A stretch of 64,000 bases of DNA from Guillardia theta CCMP2712 (taxonomy: Eukaryota; Protista; Cryptophyta). Positions within the stretch are counted from its first letter, which is position 1. Each line of letters begins with the position of its first letter. Below, piece after piece: positions 11,892 through 24,999 of the stretch. Below the pieces are notes generated by a model that worked only from the letters and a program-made list of their open reading frames with translations, had not been told where the DNA came from and did not search any database. The DNA lies in the NCBI RefSeq assembly GCF_000315625.1, contig NW_005434653.1, positions 785,343 to 849,342 of the forward strand. The letters are read 5' to 3'. Both the position numbers and the translations under genes were made by a program.

Positions 11892-13216
11892 TGGACCGCT
11901 GCGGCAGAGGGAACAAAATATGACCTGAAGAGACAGAGAGGTGAGGGCAAAGAGGGGAAATGAGGTAGATAAATATTTCTGTCTCTGTGTTTTACATAGT
12001 ACATATCCTGAGGCGAGTCTGATATTCAATTCTATTTGGTGGGGTAAAAAACTTATAGAAAGAGGGGGTAGGGGTGGTTGGTGTAGTAGACACAATTGAG
12101 TGAAAATCCGACATCATGCTGGCTGGATGCGACCGCCGACGGGGGTGTAGTCGACCAGGTGGGAGGAGGCGGAACGGTGGAGGAGGATTGAGATGGTAGT
12201 AAGAGAGGGGGGAAAGGAGACTGGAGATGGTAGGACGAGGGAGTATGGGGTGTGTGGCTACGAGGTCTGCATACGTCCTCCTTGTCGCCTTCTAAAGGCC
12301 CTGTCACTAAGTTCCTCTCCAGTCCTCTCGATTCTCCTCCTAGGAAGTGCATACCTGTTCTTGATTCATGGGGCGTTGGCGCTTGAAGAGCATGGAGAGC
12401 GTGGTAAGGCAGTTCTCCTTGCATGCCATACAATGATTCATAATCTACAGGACAACCATCATCGTACGAACCTGCCGCTCGCAAGGGAGAAGAGCAGCCG
12501 AAAGGGGAGGGTGAGTCGATGATGAGTTTGCATTCTGCTGTTTGATGGAGCGTGAAGTTCAAAGAGCAAGCAAGTGGAAGATCCGGAAGTATCTGGAAGA
12601 CAGAGGGATCAAGATGAAGGACCTGCCTTTGGCGTTCGTTGTCTACGAGTCGCTCTCCCTTCTCTCTTTGTAGGACGCTGTGCTGCATGAGGAGACATTG
12701 AGAGCTGGTGTAGGGTAGCCATGCTGTCATCGACATACCTGTTGCAACCTCTCAAACGGAGTGTGAACTGGCAAGTTCCGAGCTCCTGCTTTACTCTGCC
12801 AAGCTGATTCTATTCTACCAGGGGAGATTCATCTATGGGGATGTTTAAGAGCAGGCAAGTTGTTCTCCTCCTCGTCCCTTCATCCTTTAAGATTGGGATA
12901 CTGGCAGGTTTGAGGACGCCTTGAACGCTGCGGAGAGGAGGCTGGGATGGATGTCCCGCATCCTGCGCCTGGTGAATGTTTCCTCTCCCTCGTAGCGACT
13001 TAGAAACTTCATCAGGACGCTGTGAGGCTCGCAACAGCTTACGCGGAGTGCACCGTCTTGCGGCTGATCTTGAAACCTGTCCTAGTGCCGGCAAAGTTGT
13101 ATCTTACCTTCACAATCTTGCGCAGAAGGGTGAATCGTGAAAGATAGCGTGATACAATGAATTAGATACAAGAATGTTTGAGCGATAGGCAATGCAATAA
13201 CAGAGGCATGATGATG

Positions 13217-14255
13217 TTATTCAAGCTGAAATGCGCTGATGCTCCTTATCGCCAAAGCAAATTCTCCCGGCTGAAACTGTGAGTTGTATCCTCCATCGCT
13301 GGTAACCTTGCTTGTTAGGATCCCGAAGGAACTGATCTCTCCTCTGCTCACTTCCTGCGTTCTATGAGTCAGCCAGCCACCTCAACCAGCACACAATCGA
13401 TCTTACTGGAGCTCCTTCAAGCAGGACACCTCTCATGCTCGGTTTCAGGTCTGACCACAGCACCGCATGCTCATTCCACTCCGACGAAGGCGCGAACTCA
13501 GCCTGATACTTCACGCCAGGGGAGCGAGCATCAGCGCAGACCTAACACACCCTTACACACAGGGAACAGCAACATGAGAGCATGTTACCTGCAGCTTGTA
13601 CAGTCTGCCGTCTCCTTTGCAGTTGATCAGGATCCCATCTGAGTCCGACAGGTCCATGTCTGTCTGAGGGCTCCTAATGGACGAGAAGCCTCCGTTGTTA
13701 CGTGTGCTCAGAACTCCTTTGAAGATGGCACAATCCTCGCCCGGCATTAGACCTCCGGTAGAGCATCCTTGAAGAGATATCAACGAGAAGATGGCAACAC
13801 AACACTTCGCTATCGCAATGACTGCGTCCTCTTTGATCATCAGCATCATCAAAGATACTTGGGATACGTAGATTTGTCCTCCTCGTCATGGTAGCATTCT
13901 TCTTCCGCCACTTGCTCTTACACAAGCTCCTCCTCCTCCTCCTCCTCCTCCTCCTCCTCCTCCTCCTCCTCCTCATCATCATCATCATCATCATCTATTC
14001 ATACTTGTTGATATGCTTCAACAAAAGGAACTCACCGCCCATGACGACGTCGTTGATCGATCGCCAAGAGCCGACGACCACAGGGTCCCGCATGTCGTAC
14101 AAAGTGCGCACTGCTCGAGCTCGGAGAGTCTCGTTCTCTGCTCCCATCTTGAGAGTACGATGAGTCACCAGGAACCCTTCAGCTCCTCCCAGCGCCGCCG
14201 CCGCCGTCGCCACCCCAGTCGCCATCCACCGCCGAACCCATGGCCCTCCCACCAT
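13217..14255 (-). CDS. CIA30-family protein (complex I intermediate-associated protein 30 fold) with putative bipartite presequence
   Basis: WRSINDVVMGG; AIFKGVLSTRNNGGFSSIRS; KGDGRLYKLQ; C-terminal ISSFGILTSK..GEFALAIRSI. Confidence 0.85.
13927..13993. repeat. Intronic (CTC)n(ATC)n compound microsatellite
   Basis: Direct inspection; source of the spurious poly-R/poly-L ORFs. Confidence 0.9.
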
Positions 14256-14776
14256 CGCCTTGTATGTCCTCTGGTCACCCGGCATTCGCGGTTTCAATCC
14301 TAAGCGCGCGAAATGCCAGGAGAGCGCACGTGCGATCCTGGATGTCGGGGGAAGGGACAGGAGGAAGAGAGGGAGAGAGGGAGAGAGAGGGGGAGAGGGA
14401 GAGGAGAGAGGTAGACAAGGGGAGAAGGAAAGGGTGGGGGATGGTTTTGAGAGAAAGAAGTGAAGAACGAAGAACGAGCAAGGAGTCAAAGAGGAGCAGA
14501 AAGAGGGCGAGGAGGGGAGGAGAGAGACGAGGAGGATAGAAAGAAGGAGAAGAGAGAAGAGAAGAGAGCGACCTACATTAGGCAACCATGTGCGGGGTGG
14601 AAGCTCAAGAGACCAATCAAGCCTTTCTTGAAAGTTTCCTTTTCCGACATTGCGCCTGAGCATTTGAGAAGAGGATAATTGCACTCTCCCTCCTTTCAAA
14701 GATATGAGAGCTTGAAAGAAGTGCAATCCTCTCTCTTTCATTGATGATTGAACATATTTTTGCAAGGAACAACATC

Positions 14777-15592
14777 ATGGACATTAAACGAGCCTCGAAA
14801 TCAGGAAGGGAGCTCTGGCTGATCAGAATTCCCGTCGACCTGCCAACAGAAACTCTCAGGTTGTGGTTTCTCTTGCAGGCAGGAGGTGTCTGACCCTACT
14901 TGGAAGTGACCTCAAGATCGAGCTGAGGGAAGCAGGAGGGGATGGGCAGGTGGAGTGCGATGGTAGGAAGTTCTTGGCAAGCGTCTCTCCGGCACAAGAG
15001 ACGGAGGCCGCGCAGGTGCTTGTGCTCGTTTCCCCTCATCAACTCACCTGTGATTCTGGTCAACCAGATCCTGGCGCTCCTCCCCGACCCCAAGGAGAGT
15101 CAACTGGTTGCAGCAAAACCCTTCCGGCGACAGGTGAACCGTCCGGGCTGCCAGCCCTTGTTCCTGGTGCTCTCATCTGAATCACGTCGCCCTCCCTCAG
15201 CTCAACCTCGTTGAACACATCCCCGGCGCAGACGCCCCGTCTGAATGCCCTCCTCTTCCTCCTCCTATCGCACAGCGCGCGAGCCTACCGGGTAAGGTGA
15301 CGCCTTCAGGACATGGATTCAAAGGGCTACCAGACTCGTACGCCTCCGGTGAGCTCTGCTCGGGTACAAGGGGGGACTGAGGAAAAGGCTTCCAGGAGGA
15401 CGTGTCTCTGCCAAGAAGGTGAAGAAAGAGGTCAAATCACCGGAATCCAAGAGGAAGGTTAAGGAGGAGAAAGACGACAAGGTGAGAGAGATCGATCTGG
15501 TTGCTCCCACGTGTCTGAATCTCTTCGCTCGGCAGGATGAACTGCAGAAGAGCCCGGGCAAGAAGAGCAAGAAGAGCAAGAAGAGCGAGTAG
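14777..15592 (+). CDS. RNA polymerase I subunit RPA34/A34.5-like protein, multi-exon
   Basis: N-terminal ELWLIRIPVDL resembles ELWLIQAPADF of CD3EAP; Lys-rich tail KKSKKSKKSE. Confidence 0.5.
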
Positions 15593-16321
15593 AAGCCTTG
15601 AAGTTCTGACAGTGCCGGAAGACACTCGATATACCGTCTCGTCACTGTACTTGTAAAGCTGGAGGACTGAGTTGGTTACTGTCTATTGTCTATTGGCACC
15701 GTGACGTTCACTCCGATGCTCGGATCCCATTGAAAGGCCCGGGCCCGGGCCTTACTACTTTACTTTGAGTGAAGTTTGGACTCATCCGAGGTTGAGTCCG
15801 ATGTCCGATTGACTATAAACCAGGCAACTTGACTATAGAAATACGGTGAAGTTGAAACATGGGAGCGTGCTGATGGACGGATGGGGAACGGCAGTAGGAG
15901 GGAGAGGAGGATGGAAAGAGACATTGCAGCAGTCACAGTGTGTGTAGAGAGGAAGGGGAGGGAGGAGGGGGGAGGGGGAACTGGAAAGAAGGGAGAGGGG
16001 AGGTAGGTTCGTGTGAGGCAAGCGAGAGATTTAATGAAGGTTTAGAACAAGGAAGGAGGAAACAGGAGAACAAAGTTGGTGAGGAAGAAGAAAAAGGGTC
16101 AAGTAAAGGAGAGATACAATACAGAGAAAATAGTGGACGATGAAAGGCAAGGAAATGTACTACAAAAAGGAAAGGGGAATACATCAACGAGATGGCGCGG
16201 GAGATTTAAAGAGGAGCTTGCAGTTTTACCTCATCGTGTGAGGGCAGGCTAGTCTATTGGATTTCTCTGAAGCATTTCTCCAGGTCGGGATGTGTCAAGA
16301 GTTGCATAGCACCGACCTGCC

Positions 16322-16600
16322 ATGGTGAGCACGGAGACATACGACCATGTCATGGAGGTGATTCGACCGTGTCAAATGATGATTGGTTGTGATTTGTTCA
16401 GCAGGTCATGATCCGATGGATCTTGGCTCTCCTGCTCATAGCTGTGACTGTCTCTTGCGGGTGGTGGTTGCTGTGGAAATCTGTTCTGCAGAAGATCCCC
16501 TTCTTCAGGCAGGCTTTGTTCCTGTGGTTTGTGATGCGTGAATGACCTTGACGACAGGGACATGGTCGAGGGTCAACGACCGAAACAGAAAGAATCGTGA
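16322..16600 (+). CDS. ~60-aa single-TM protein, SMIM13-like
   Basis: Exons 16322-16357, 16405-16508 and 16558-16600 give MVSTETYDHVMEVMIRWILALLLIAVTVSCGWWLLWKSVLQKIPFFRDMVEGQRPKQKES; second intron is GC-AG. Confidence 0.6.
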
Positions 16601-17696
16601 CCGTCGCTCTTCACAGTGTTGCTTGCAGTCTTGATTAGAAACCCTTGTGTAAGCCATAGCGATGTCATGAGTACTCTACTGGCTTGGACCTCGCACATTG
16701 AAAGAAGAGAACAGAAATGGAGGTTCACCTCAAATCTTTGTGTAGCTATCTCCTATAAGTTTCACTGGGTTAAATATTTCTACTTCACATTGTGTATCAT
16801 TTGGATGGCGTGTTCTTACGATTGCTGATGTCCAGCATGCTTCTTCATCAACATACGTCTCAAGTTTTGAGATACGTGGAAGGGAGCGCAAGTCGATACA
16901 AATAAGGATAAGAAAATCAATCTACGGATAACCTTTAATATCCTAGTGAGATACGGATATCAAGAGTCTACCGCCTAACTTAGTTCACGTTGAGTCCTCT
17001 GGCGGAGAAGTCAGCAGCCCTGTATAAGAAAGCTCAGCAACGCCAAGAGTTGAGCAGTATGAAGAAAACCTCTCGATGCTGTTGTCGTAGCGAGGGAAGA
17101 TCGCAGCGTGGGACTTGGAATGATCGTGATTGTCATGCTTCTGCAGTCCAGAGTGTAAGTACGCAAACAAGCTCATGACCTGAACAAACTTACGGCAGCG
17201 GGAAGCGAGGGGGCAGGAGCATCCATGGATCCAAAAGCGTGAGAGAGAACTTGAAACATCTGGTTTACGACGAGCATTAGCGGAGCAGAACCATTAACAC
17301 ATGATGGTTATGATACAATGAATATCTGGCAGTGACTTCTCAACTGCTACAGCGTCCTTTGTACTGTCTACGAAGCGTGGTCGGATTGATGAGACTACAA
17401 GAGGACAATGTCACACACATCCAGCCCTGGCATGCTATTCGACTCTCTCCTAGATCTCCTCCCTAGTCTCCTCCCTAGTTCTCCCTGTTCCAACATTATT
17501 CTTTCCTGCCCGCACCGCCTAGCCGGCCGGCGGTACAGTGATGTCTGCTGCAGAAAAACTCAAGGATGAAGGACGGGGTGGTGGTCTGGGGGTATAATTT
17601 CAAGGGGTAGGGAGTGGATATGAAACGACAGGAGTTGTACTCTAGTACCATATGATTTACTCAATTCGTTCCCGATTTAGCCCAATCTGAAAGCGG

Positions 17697-17747
17697 ATGT
17701 GCGCGATGTGCAGCGCGATGTCTGGCGCGATGTGCTGCGCGATGTGC
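17697..17747. repeat. 12-bp imperfect tandem repeat GCGCGATGTGCN
   Basis: About 4 copies. Confidence 0.7.
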
Positions 17748-18024
17748 GTCTTTTGAGCGTTGCGCGGGGATGAGGGCTGAGCAGCCTGGCAGGGAGTGGG
17801 CCGCCCGGCCCGGCCCCGGGCCCGGCAGCGGCGCCTGTCACCGAGTCCGATCACTGAGGCTGGTGACTCGCCGACTCGGAGTCGGGCCAGTCGCCAGCTG
17901 TGACCTAAATTGAATACGGTTTTATGAAAAGATCCAAGTGGACAGAGTCGGTCAGGGTGCCAGATCGGATCAGATTCCGAAGTTCAACGGCCGGAGTTCC
18001 GACTTGAGGCTTCAACTTGCCAAG

Positions 18025-20340
18025 TCAAATTGAGATAGTATGTAACACAAACCGAAGCAGGTCACTCTCTAAGAGTCGGAGAAGGCTGTTCTCTCCCAGG
18101 CGCGGATGCATACTCATCAGCACTGCAACCTCTGACTCCTGCAACGATGACTCCATCACCACATCACATCTTTCTAGGTCTCATCGCTCACCGCTGACAA
18201 TCTCCTCGAAAAGTGCACGAAGGTGTGTCTTGCGTCAGGCCCGCATGAAATCTCATGAAGCCTGTAAATCTGCTCGGGCAGCTCCAACCTGGTACGACAA
18301 ACAAGAAGAGGCATCAGAAAGCCTCGGCAACGTGAACAGGACGAGACCATGTCGGTGTTGCCCAGACCGCGGCAACAGTCCCAGTACTCGGACAAATCCT
18401 GGCTTGCTTCTCGTTGCTGACTGGAGCCCTCGATTCCGACCGGCTTACTGACGAGTCGAGGGTCTTACACACAATGCAGAATGAGATGTTTGAGGATACC
18501 TCCGCTCGTGTACACCAAGCCCAACTGACCACTGCTGTTCCCCCCGAAGGCATTCACTTTTTCCCAGCCAGTGTGCCTGTCATTGATGTAAGTTCCTGCA
18601 ACCCCCCGAAGTTGATTACAATTGTCTTGCAATAACAAAGGTGTAATCGAACCCGCACGCCACAGACAGGCACTTGTAGGAAAGGAAAAATTCAACTTTT
18701 GTTGGAACCTGATATAAGTCAGAGGAACACCACTTGGGATCTTCCTTCAGAACCTTGCAGTCTACTCGTGAGGAGCGTCCAAGTTGTCCTATTCCACCCT
18801 GACCCCAACTATACAGACTTCCGTCATGCGTAACGGCGCAAGCATGCTGAAAGCCACAAGAAATCCGTATTGCTGGGTTGGTATCTGATCAGAGATACCA
18901 TCAAAAATGGCTGCATAGAAGGCAGAATCTTGCACCATTCAGATGGACTTGAATGGGATAACAGTGCGGACTGAAATCAGAGTTCAGCACGAGTACTTTC
19001 ACACACAATCATGTATGACATGTTAGTCCCATTCCCGAGCTGCCCATGGTCATTGAAGCCCTGCGCCGAAGGAGTGAGGGAGACAGATTTGGATGAATGC
19101 ATGGACATCACCCACGAGTAAACCTTCCCTCCTAATGTTATGCAGCTCGTGAATCCAAATCCACCTTTCATTTCATCAGTCAACTCTGACGGGAGGCAAA
19201 CATCATCTGGAACCAGAAACGTCGACAACAACTGCCTCACATTCACCTGTCATCCTGTTGTTAGCAACATCCACCTCGGATTCAGGAAGATCAATTTGGA
19301 ACGGAGCGAATACCACTTTTGATGAACACCTCAGTTGGATCCGATAGCGTTCTTTGAGTTTGAGCAGGCAACCCAGCAAAGATTGTTATCACGTCTTCTG
19401 TCAATCGTGGGCTCTCTGCATGGATGTTGACGTCTTGATTTTGAATGATTTTGCCATAGTTGTCCCAACCCCAAGAAAACAACCTCCCGTGTTCTGTGAT
19501 TGCTAGACTATGGCAACATCCACATGCGACCTGCAAACTCCCCTTCAGCCTCAGGAATGCTTCATGCCTCCCAACCTTTGTAACAACCGTCCATCGCAGA
19601 ATCATCACTTCCGTGGGTACATAGCAGATTCTGAACAAGGGTGGTGTCAAGACAACTAGTCACAGACTTTAGTATCACTGTACGGTTGTTCGCTCGGCAA
19701 TACACCGCACTGCCCGTCGTTGTTTCGACCCCATGCGAAGACGCTACCCCCCTCAATCAAACAAACAGTGTGATACATCCCACTCGCAATCTCCTTGACC
19801 TTGAGGCCCTGATCTCGCAAGGAGGCAGCGAGACGAGTCAGACATCTCAAACCGAACAAGCCATGATGGAGACCTGAAGTCGAGGTATCGGGACGAACTC
19901 TTTGATGGGAAAGCACTGCCCGCACCCAACTCCTAGGTGTCCCCCGAGCGCCTCCCCACAACTGAATGTTTGCATGGTGGACGAATCATGAATGACGCTG
20001 AATCCGTTTCCACAGGAAGAGGCCGTTATGTTCGAATCCGTGTCCTCTGCATGATTTCGAAGTGTTAACCGGGTAAGCCTACCGACAATTGGCTACGTGG
20101 AACAATTTAGACGAAACAGAAATTTCAAGAAACAAACTGCACCTGGCAGTGCCCCAACCCCAACTCCCCTGAGCTATTATCACCACATCCAAACAGAGAC
20201 ATCCTCTGTGGCGGATTTGACGAATTCTGCTCTTCCTGTAGATTTGCAGTGCCAGATTTTCTGAGGTACAAAGTTTACCCTCAGCCCTGCAACGTCCTTC
20301 TATCCCCCACAGCCAGGATTCGGCTTCTTCACATGCTCTT
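18025..20340 (-). CDS. RCC1-repeat protein, multi-exon (start approximate)
   Basis: IASGMYHTVCLIEGGSVFAWGRNNDGQCG; VACGCCHSLAITEHGRLFSWGWDNYG; GFNDHGQLGNG; AFGGNSSGQLG. Confidence 0.85.
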
Positions 20341-20908
20341 CCAGTCAATCTTTGATGGTGTCGCTTCTTGTCAGCCCTCCAGCTCCCCTTCCCTGTCTCA
20401 TTCTCCTCTGCCTCCTCCTCTTGCTTGCACTTGGTTCGCAACCTGCATACCTTTTGCACCCCTTTGCTGACTACCCCTACCAATATCTGACACCCACCCA
20501 CCATATAATACCTACCCCTCCAATTATTACAACTGTTGCTCAAAAGATAGTTGCATTTACCACCCCCCACCCCTTATGAGTATTTCACACCCCAGGTTGT
20601 TGAACCCCCACCCATCGGATTCATAATGCGACCCAAGACGACTTTCAGCCTGGACCTCTATTTGTAACGGTCTGTAACCGAACATTTCAGTGACAAGGGC
20701 TGTCAAAGAACAGTTACGACTGCTTCTGTACCCCCACCCCTACTTCAAGACCCCTACCCCACTTTCCAGGCTTACTCTCAATCATCAAAGGGGGTAACTA
20801 AATACCCCACAAAGACCCCCACCCTGAGCTTGACCGGAATTGGCGTCAACCATGCACTTGGCCGCACTGTGCGGCAAGGAGGGAGAGCGAGAAGAGGGCG
20901 CGAGGAGG

Positions 20909-23900
20909 ATGAACGACAAGGAGGAGGGAAGTGAGATATACGTTTTTACTTGAGAAGATGTCACGAGTTGAAATGCCTCGAATCAACAGCCTCGGCGGAG
21001 AGCTCCGAGGTACTGAGCTGTTTCCATGCAGCAACGACGACCAGAGGGCGCAGTACTTACATCATCATGAGGAATATCTCTCTGCTCATCGTGAGGTCCG
21101 AGAGAAGTTGAATGAAACCCTGTGCCACATCTCAAAACTGTGCCGCGCTGTTGCAAGAGAATGCGAGATTGACCTTGCTATGGACATGCACTTGCAGAAT
21201 GTGCGGGACATGTTTGAGCTCACCTCGCACGAGATACAGTCACTCCATGGCATGCTCCAGGGTGAAAAGAGGAGGACTGCCATCCTTTTCGATGAATATC
21301 AGAAGATGCTGGATACAAACTCCTTCAGTCACGAGGCGAATGAACGATTCACGCGCATGGCACAGGACCGAAGGTCGAATCACATCAAAGTTCGCGAAGA
21401 GCAAGTCAACCCACCTGAGTGTGTTGATGATGAAGGAACCCTCGAGTGTGTTCTCGGTTCTCAGCCCTGGTACACCAACACGAGGGCAGATCAAATATGC
21501 CAGTGCTTGCGGCATATAAAGAGCGAGATCTCGCTGTCGATACATACAGGCAGGTTTTTTCTAGTGCCTCCATGGACTTTGATGGCTGTAAGATGAATGC
21601 TAATGTTGACGAGATCCGTCACGAGCTACTCGAACTTCAGAAAGCCTGCGACGAGTTCTCACAAACGACTTCGGGAAAGAAAACAAACACGTTCGATCTT
21701 GAGCTCCAGTCACTGAAAGCCGAGCTGCTTGCCAAGTCATCTGAATTGGAATGTTGTGCAGGATTGCTGCAAAGTTTGAACTCAACAATTCTGGATTTCT
21801 CTCTCATATTCGATCAGACTTCACAATCGATCAGCGCCTTAGAGAAACATCTCTCTTCTGCAGAAGGAACTTTAAACAGATTTGTCTTGTCGTCCAACGC
21901 CGCCTCTCTAAGGAGTTCATCGGAAATTCATTCTCACAATTCAAGACAACAGTTGGTGTGTTCGAATGTAACGCTGTCTGCCAAGAATCAATCATGCTGC
22001 GAATTGACAGGACACTCGTCATTACCGCAAGAATCAGTTGAGGCTGGTTATGTTTGCAAAGAACTTCAAATTTTGTTTCACGAGATATCATGTTGCCAGT
22101 CTGACTTGGCCTGGTGGAGATCCGATCTGCTCAGCCAAGTTGATCACAGCCAAGTTTCACTCTCCAGCCTTGGCCTCGAGGAAACCCAACAGCTTCAAGG
22201 TGGCGCCGAGCCTTCAAGCTTCCTTCCATCAATGGATGCCCAAGTCAAACAGACTGCAGATGAGGTTGATCGGGATGAAGAGCATGTTGTGAGATCAGGT
22301 CGCTTCTTCGCTCATGATGGGAAGGATTACGTGTCTTGCATCGAGTCTGAGAATCTAGAGCTGAAGGGGTTGATAACATCATTGGTCCAAGTGTCTGAGA
22401 GCAAGATCTTGACATTGACGCGAGAGCTGGAGTCGATCACTGACGAGATTGTGAGGACAGAAGACAAGGTCTCTTGGGTGACTGGACTTGCTGTAGATTC
22501 CATGAGGATGGGAAAAGAGAAGCTGCAGCAAGAAACAGTTCGGAGATTGCTAGAAACAAGTTTGCAAGTAGATGTTCAACACATGCTCATAAGCTCGGAG
22601 TTACATGTTGCAGCTATAGCAGACCACATACCTGTTCTGTTCCATTTGGCATGTGATTCAAGAAAAACATCTGAACAAGCGACATTGTTGTGCTTTGTCA
22701 GAGTTTGGAGGGCGACTCTCTACCAACGACATTCTCAGCGACAAACATCATTGTCGTGGAAGGAAAAGATGACACACTTGAAACAACTTTGCCAGTCGTT
22801 TAGGATACTGAACCGCTACAAAGATAGGAGAACAACTCTCTTGAACAAGATGACATGGCTGCAAAATGCAAAGCACTCAAGAGAGTCAAAGATTCTGTCT
22901 TGGTTTATCTTTGAATTCCTGAAAAAGAATATCAGATTGCACCGACGCAAAAGAATTTTGAAATCCAAGCGACAAAAACTTCAACTCAATGCCACATTGC
23001 AACACTGGATCTTGCAAACACAGAAAACGAAATCAATGAGAAGTCGACATCAGTTAGTGAAAATCCAGCGAACGATTCTCCTGAAGCAAAGAGAATTCAG
23101 ACACTGGTTATCCAACATCCTGATGCGAAGAAAAAAACAACGACAGATCAGTCATATGAAAAAGCGCAAGACGAGCCGCAGATACAGGGAGGCGCTGTGG
23201 GGCTGGCGGGAGGGGCTGGCAGAGAGGCGGCAAGCAGCCGGGGCAGAGGGGAAAGCGACGAGGCGGGGGAGAAGGCGGGCGGTAGAGAGGGCGTGGGGAC
23301 AGTGGAAGGAGGGACGGGAGTGGCGGCAGAGGACGGCGCGAGTGTGCCAGGAGAGGGCAGAGGCAAGGAGGCGGCGAGAGGGGAGGAGGTACCTGCGGGA
23401 GTGGGAGGAGGGAGCACGGGGGCTACGGGAAGGGAGGCGGGCGTGGGCGAGGGCGGCAGAGCAGGCTAGGCGGCGGGCGTGGGCGAGGGCCTTGAGGGGC
23501 TGGCGGGAGGAGGGAGCGGAGCGGCGGCGGAGGGCTCGGGTGACGGGGGCGCGGGCGGAGGGGCAGGCGAGAGCGCTGGTGAGGGAGGCAGTATGGCGGT
23601 GGCAGGAGGCACGGGCGGAGGGGAAGGCGGGTCAGCGGGCAATGGAGGCAGAGCGGCAGGAGGAGCAGGCGCTGACGGGGAAGGCGGTAGCAGGGTGGAG
23701 GAGGGCGGCAGCGACGGGGAGGAGGAGAGCGCGACGGGCGGAGGAGACGACGAGGAGGCGGGGAGAGAGGAGGCGAGCACGGGAGGCGATGGAAGCGTGG
23801 GCAAGCTACCAGGCAGGGGTACGGAGGAGGCGGAGGGCGTCAGAGAAGCTGGAGAAGGCGAGGAGGGAGCGACAAGGGAGGGAGGCGGCAAGGGCTTGGC

Positions 23901-24958
23901 GAGAGGCAGCGGCGGGGGCGAGGAGGATACGGAAGGGAGCCAAGGGTCTTATGGTTTGTTTCCGTATTGTTTTTTCTCGTCGTTGGTTTCATCGCTGGGT
24001 TTATCAGTTTGTTTTTTCATCTCGTTCGGATGCTCTCAGATTATGTCATACACGTTCCCTGCAGTCATCGCTCGTCAGATGTTTTGTCGCATGGAAGGGT
24101 CAGGTGGTGGTGGGGAGATGGAGGCGGCGGTGGCTGCAGGAGACAGTGAGAAGGAGGGTCGGAGGTCAAGTGGTTCGCGTTCACATGGGCGCTTGGCTGT
24201 CTCGTCAGGTAAGGATCCGTGCGTTCCGTTCGATAAGCGGGAGGATGTCGAAGGGAGGAGGCGGGTATCATCTTGTTTCTTTCGTTGCTCTCATGGAATC
24301 ATTCGACGGGTTCGTGCGGGTGTTTTGGTCAGATTGCTCCATGATATACTACAAGGCAGGTACAAGTCTGATCTCGCTCCTCTCTCACTCTGTCTTGCAG
24401 ATCTGCGTCGCTTTCTCCGCTTGGAAGCTTCTTTGCCAGGACCTCATGTTTATCCAGCTCGAGCTCAAGAAGTTCGAGCTCGATCGACTTGAGAGCCTCC
24501 AGGTAGCGATCGCGATCGTGTTCGCATCCAGGCTTGACCATTGCCGCAGGCTCGTACCTTGCTAGGCTGGAGAAAGTTGGTGAAGCTCACGGGACGTTGG
24601 CGTGTCAATCTCAAGCCCGACATCACTGTCGCGCGCTTCGCCGTCAAAGATCCATCAGCGCATGGCAAGCAGCTGGCGATCTGCTGAGAGGAAGAAGGTC
24701 CCTCGGCTTCAGCTAGCAGGCACGAGCACGCCTGCGAGGGACTTGCCCTTCACTTGGTCGATGTCGGTCGAGGAGTCGTCGGTATGCCACCTGAGGCGCG
24801 GGAGAGTCAGCGAGCAGCCGACGAGGCTCGTCACTGACCGTCTCATGCCCTCCTCGATCCCGAGCTCTCGATGCCGCAGCCTCGCCCTCGTCGTCTTGAG
24901 ATCGTCCTGCACCGCCACCAGCTACGCGTGCGTGAGGGCAGGAAGGGAGGCGAGCTAG
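20909..24958 (+). CDS. Large coiled-coil protein with Sfi1-like (centrin-binding) repeats
   Basis: 1039-aa ORF 21446-24565; Trp recurs every 33 aa in the Arg/Ala-rich helix (ALWGW, AWGQW, YLREW, ALRGW). Confidence 0.65.
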
Positions 24959-24999
24959 TCACCAAGTCATTGAGACGAAAGATCTCATCTGCCTGGTCC

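Noticed and set aside
12300-13094. Upstream exons of the PDZ gene or a separate gene
   Set aside because: Coding-like but without motifs, and separated from the PDZ gene by a promoter-like tract; cannot be assigned
13698-14765. Poly-R, poly-L and GA-rich ORFs
   Set aside because: Translations of microsatellite and purine-tract DNA
16800-17430. Possible small gene
   Set aside because: No consistent exon chain or recognisable motif could be built
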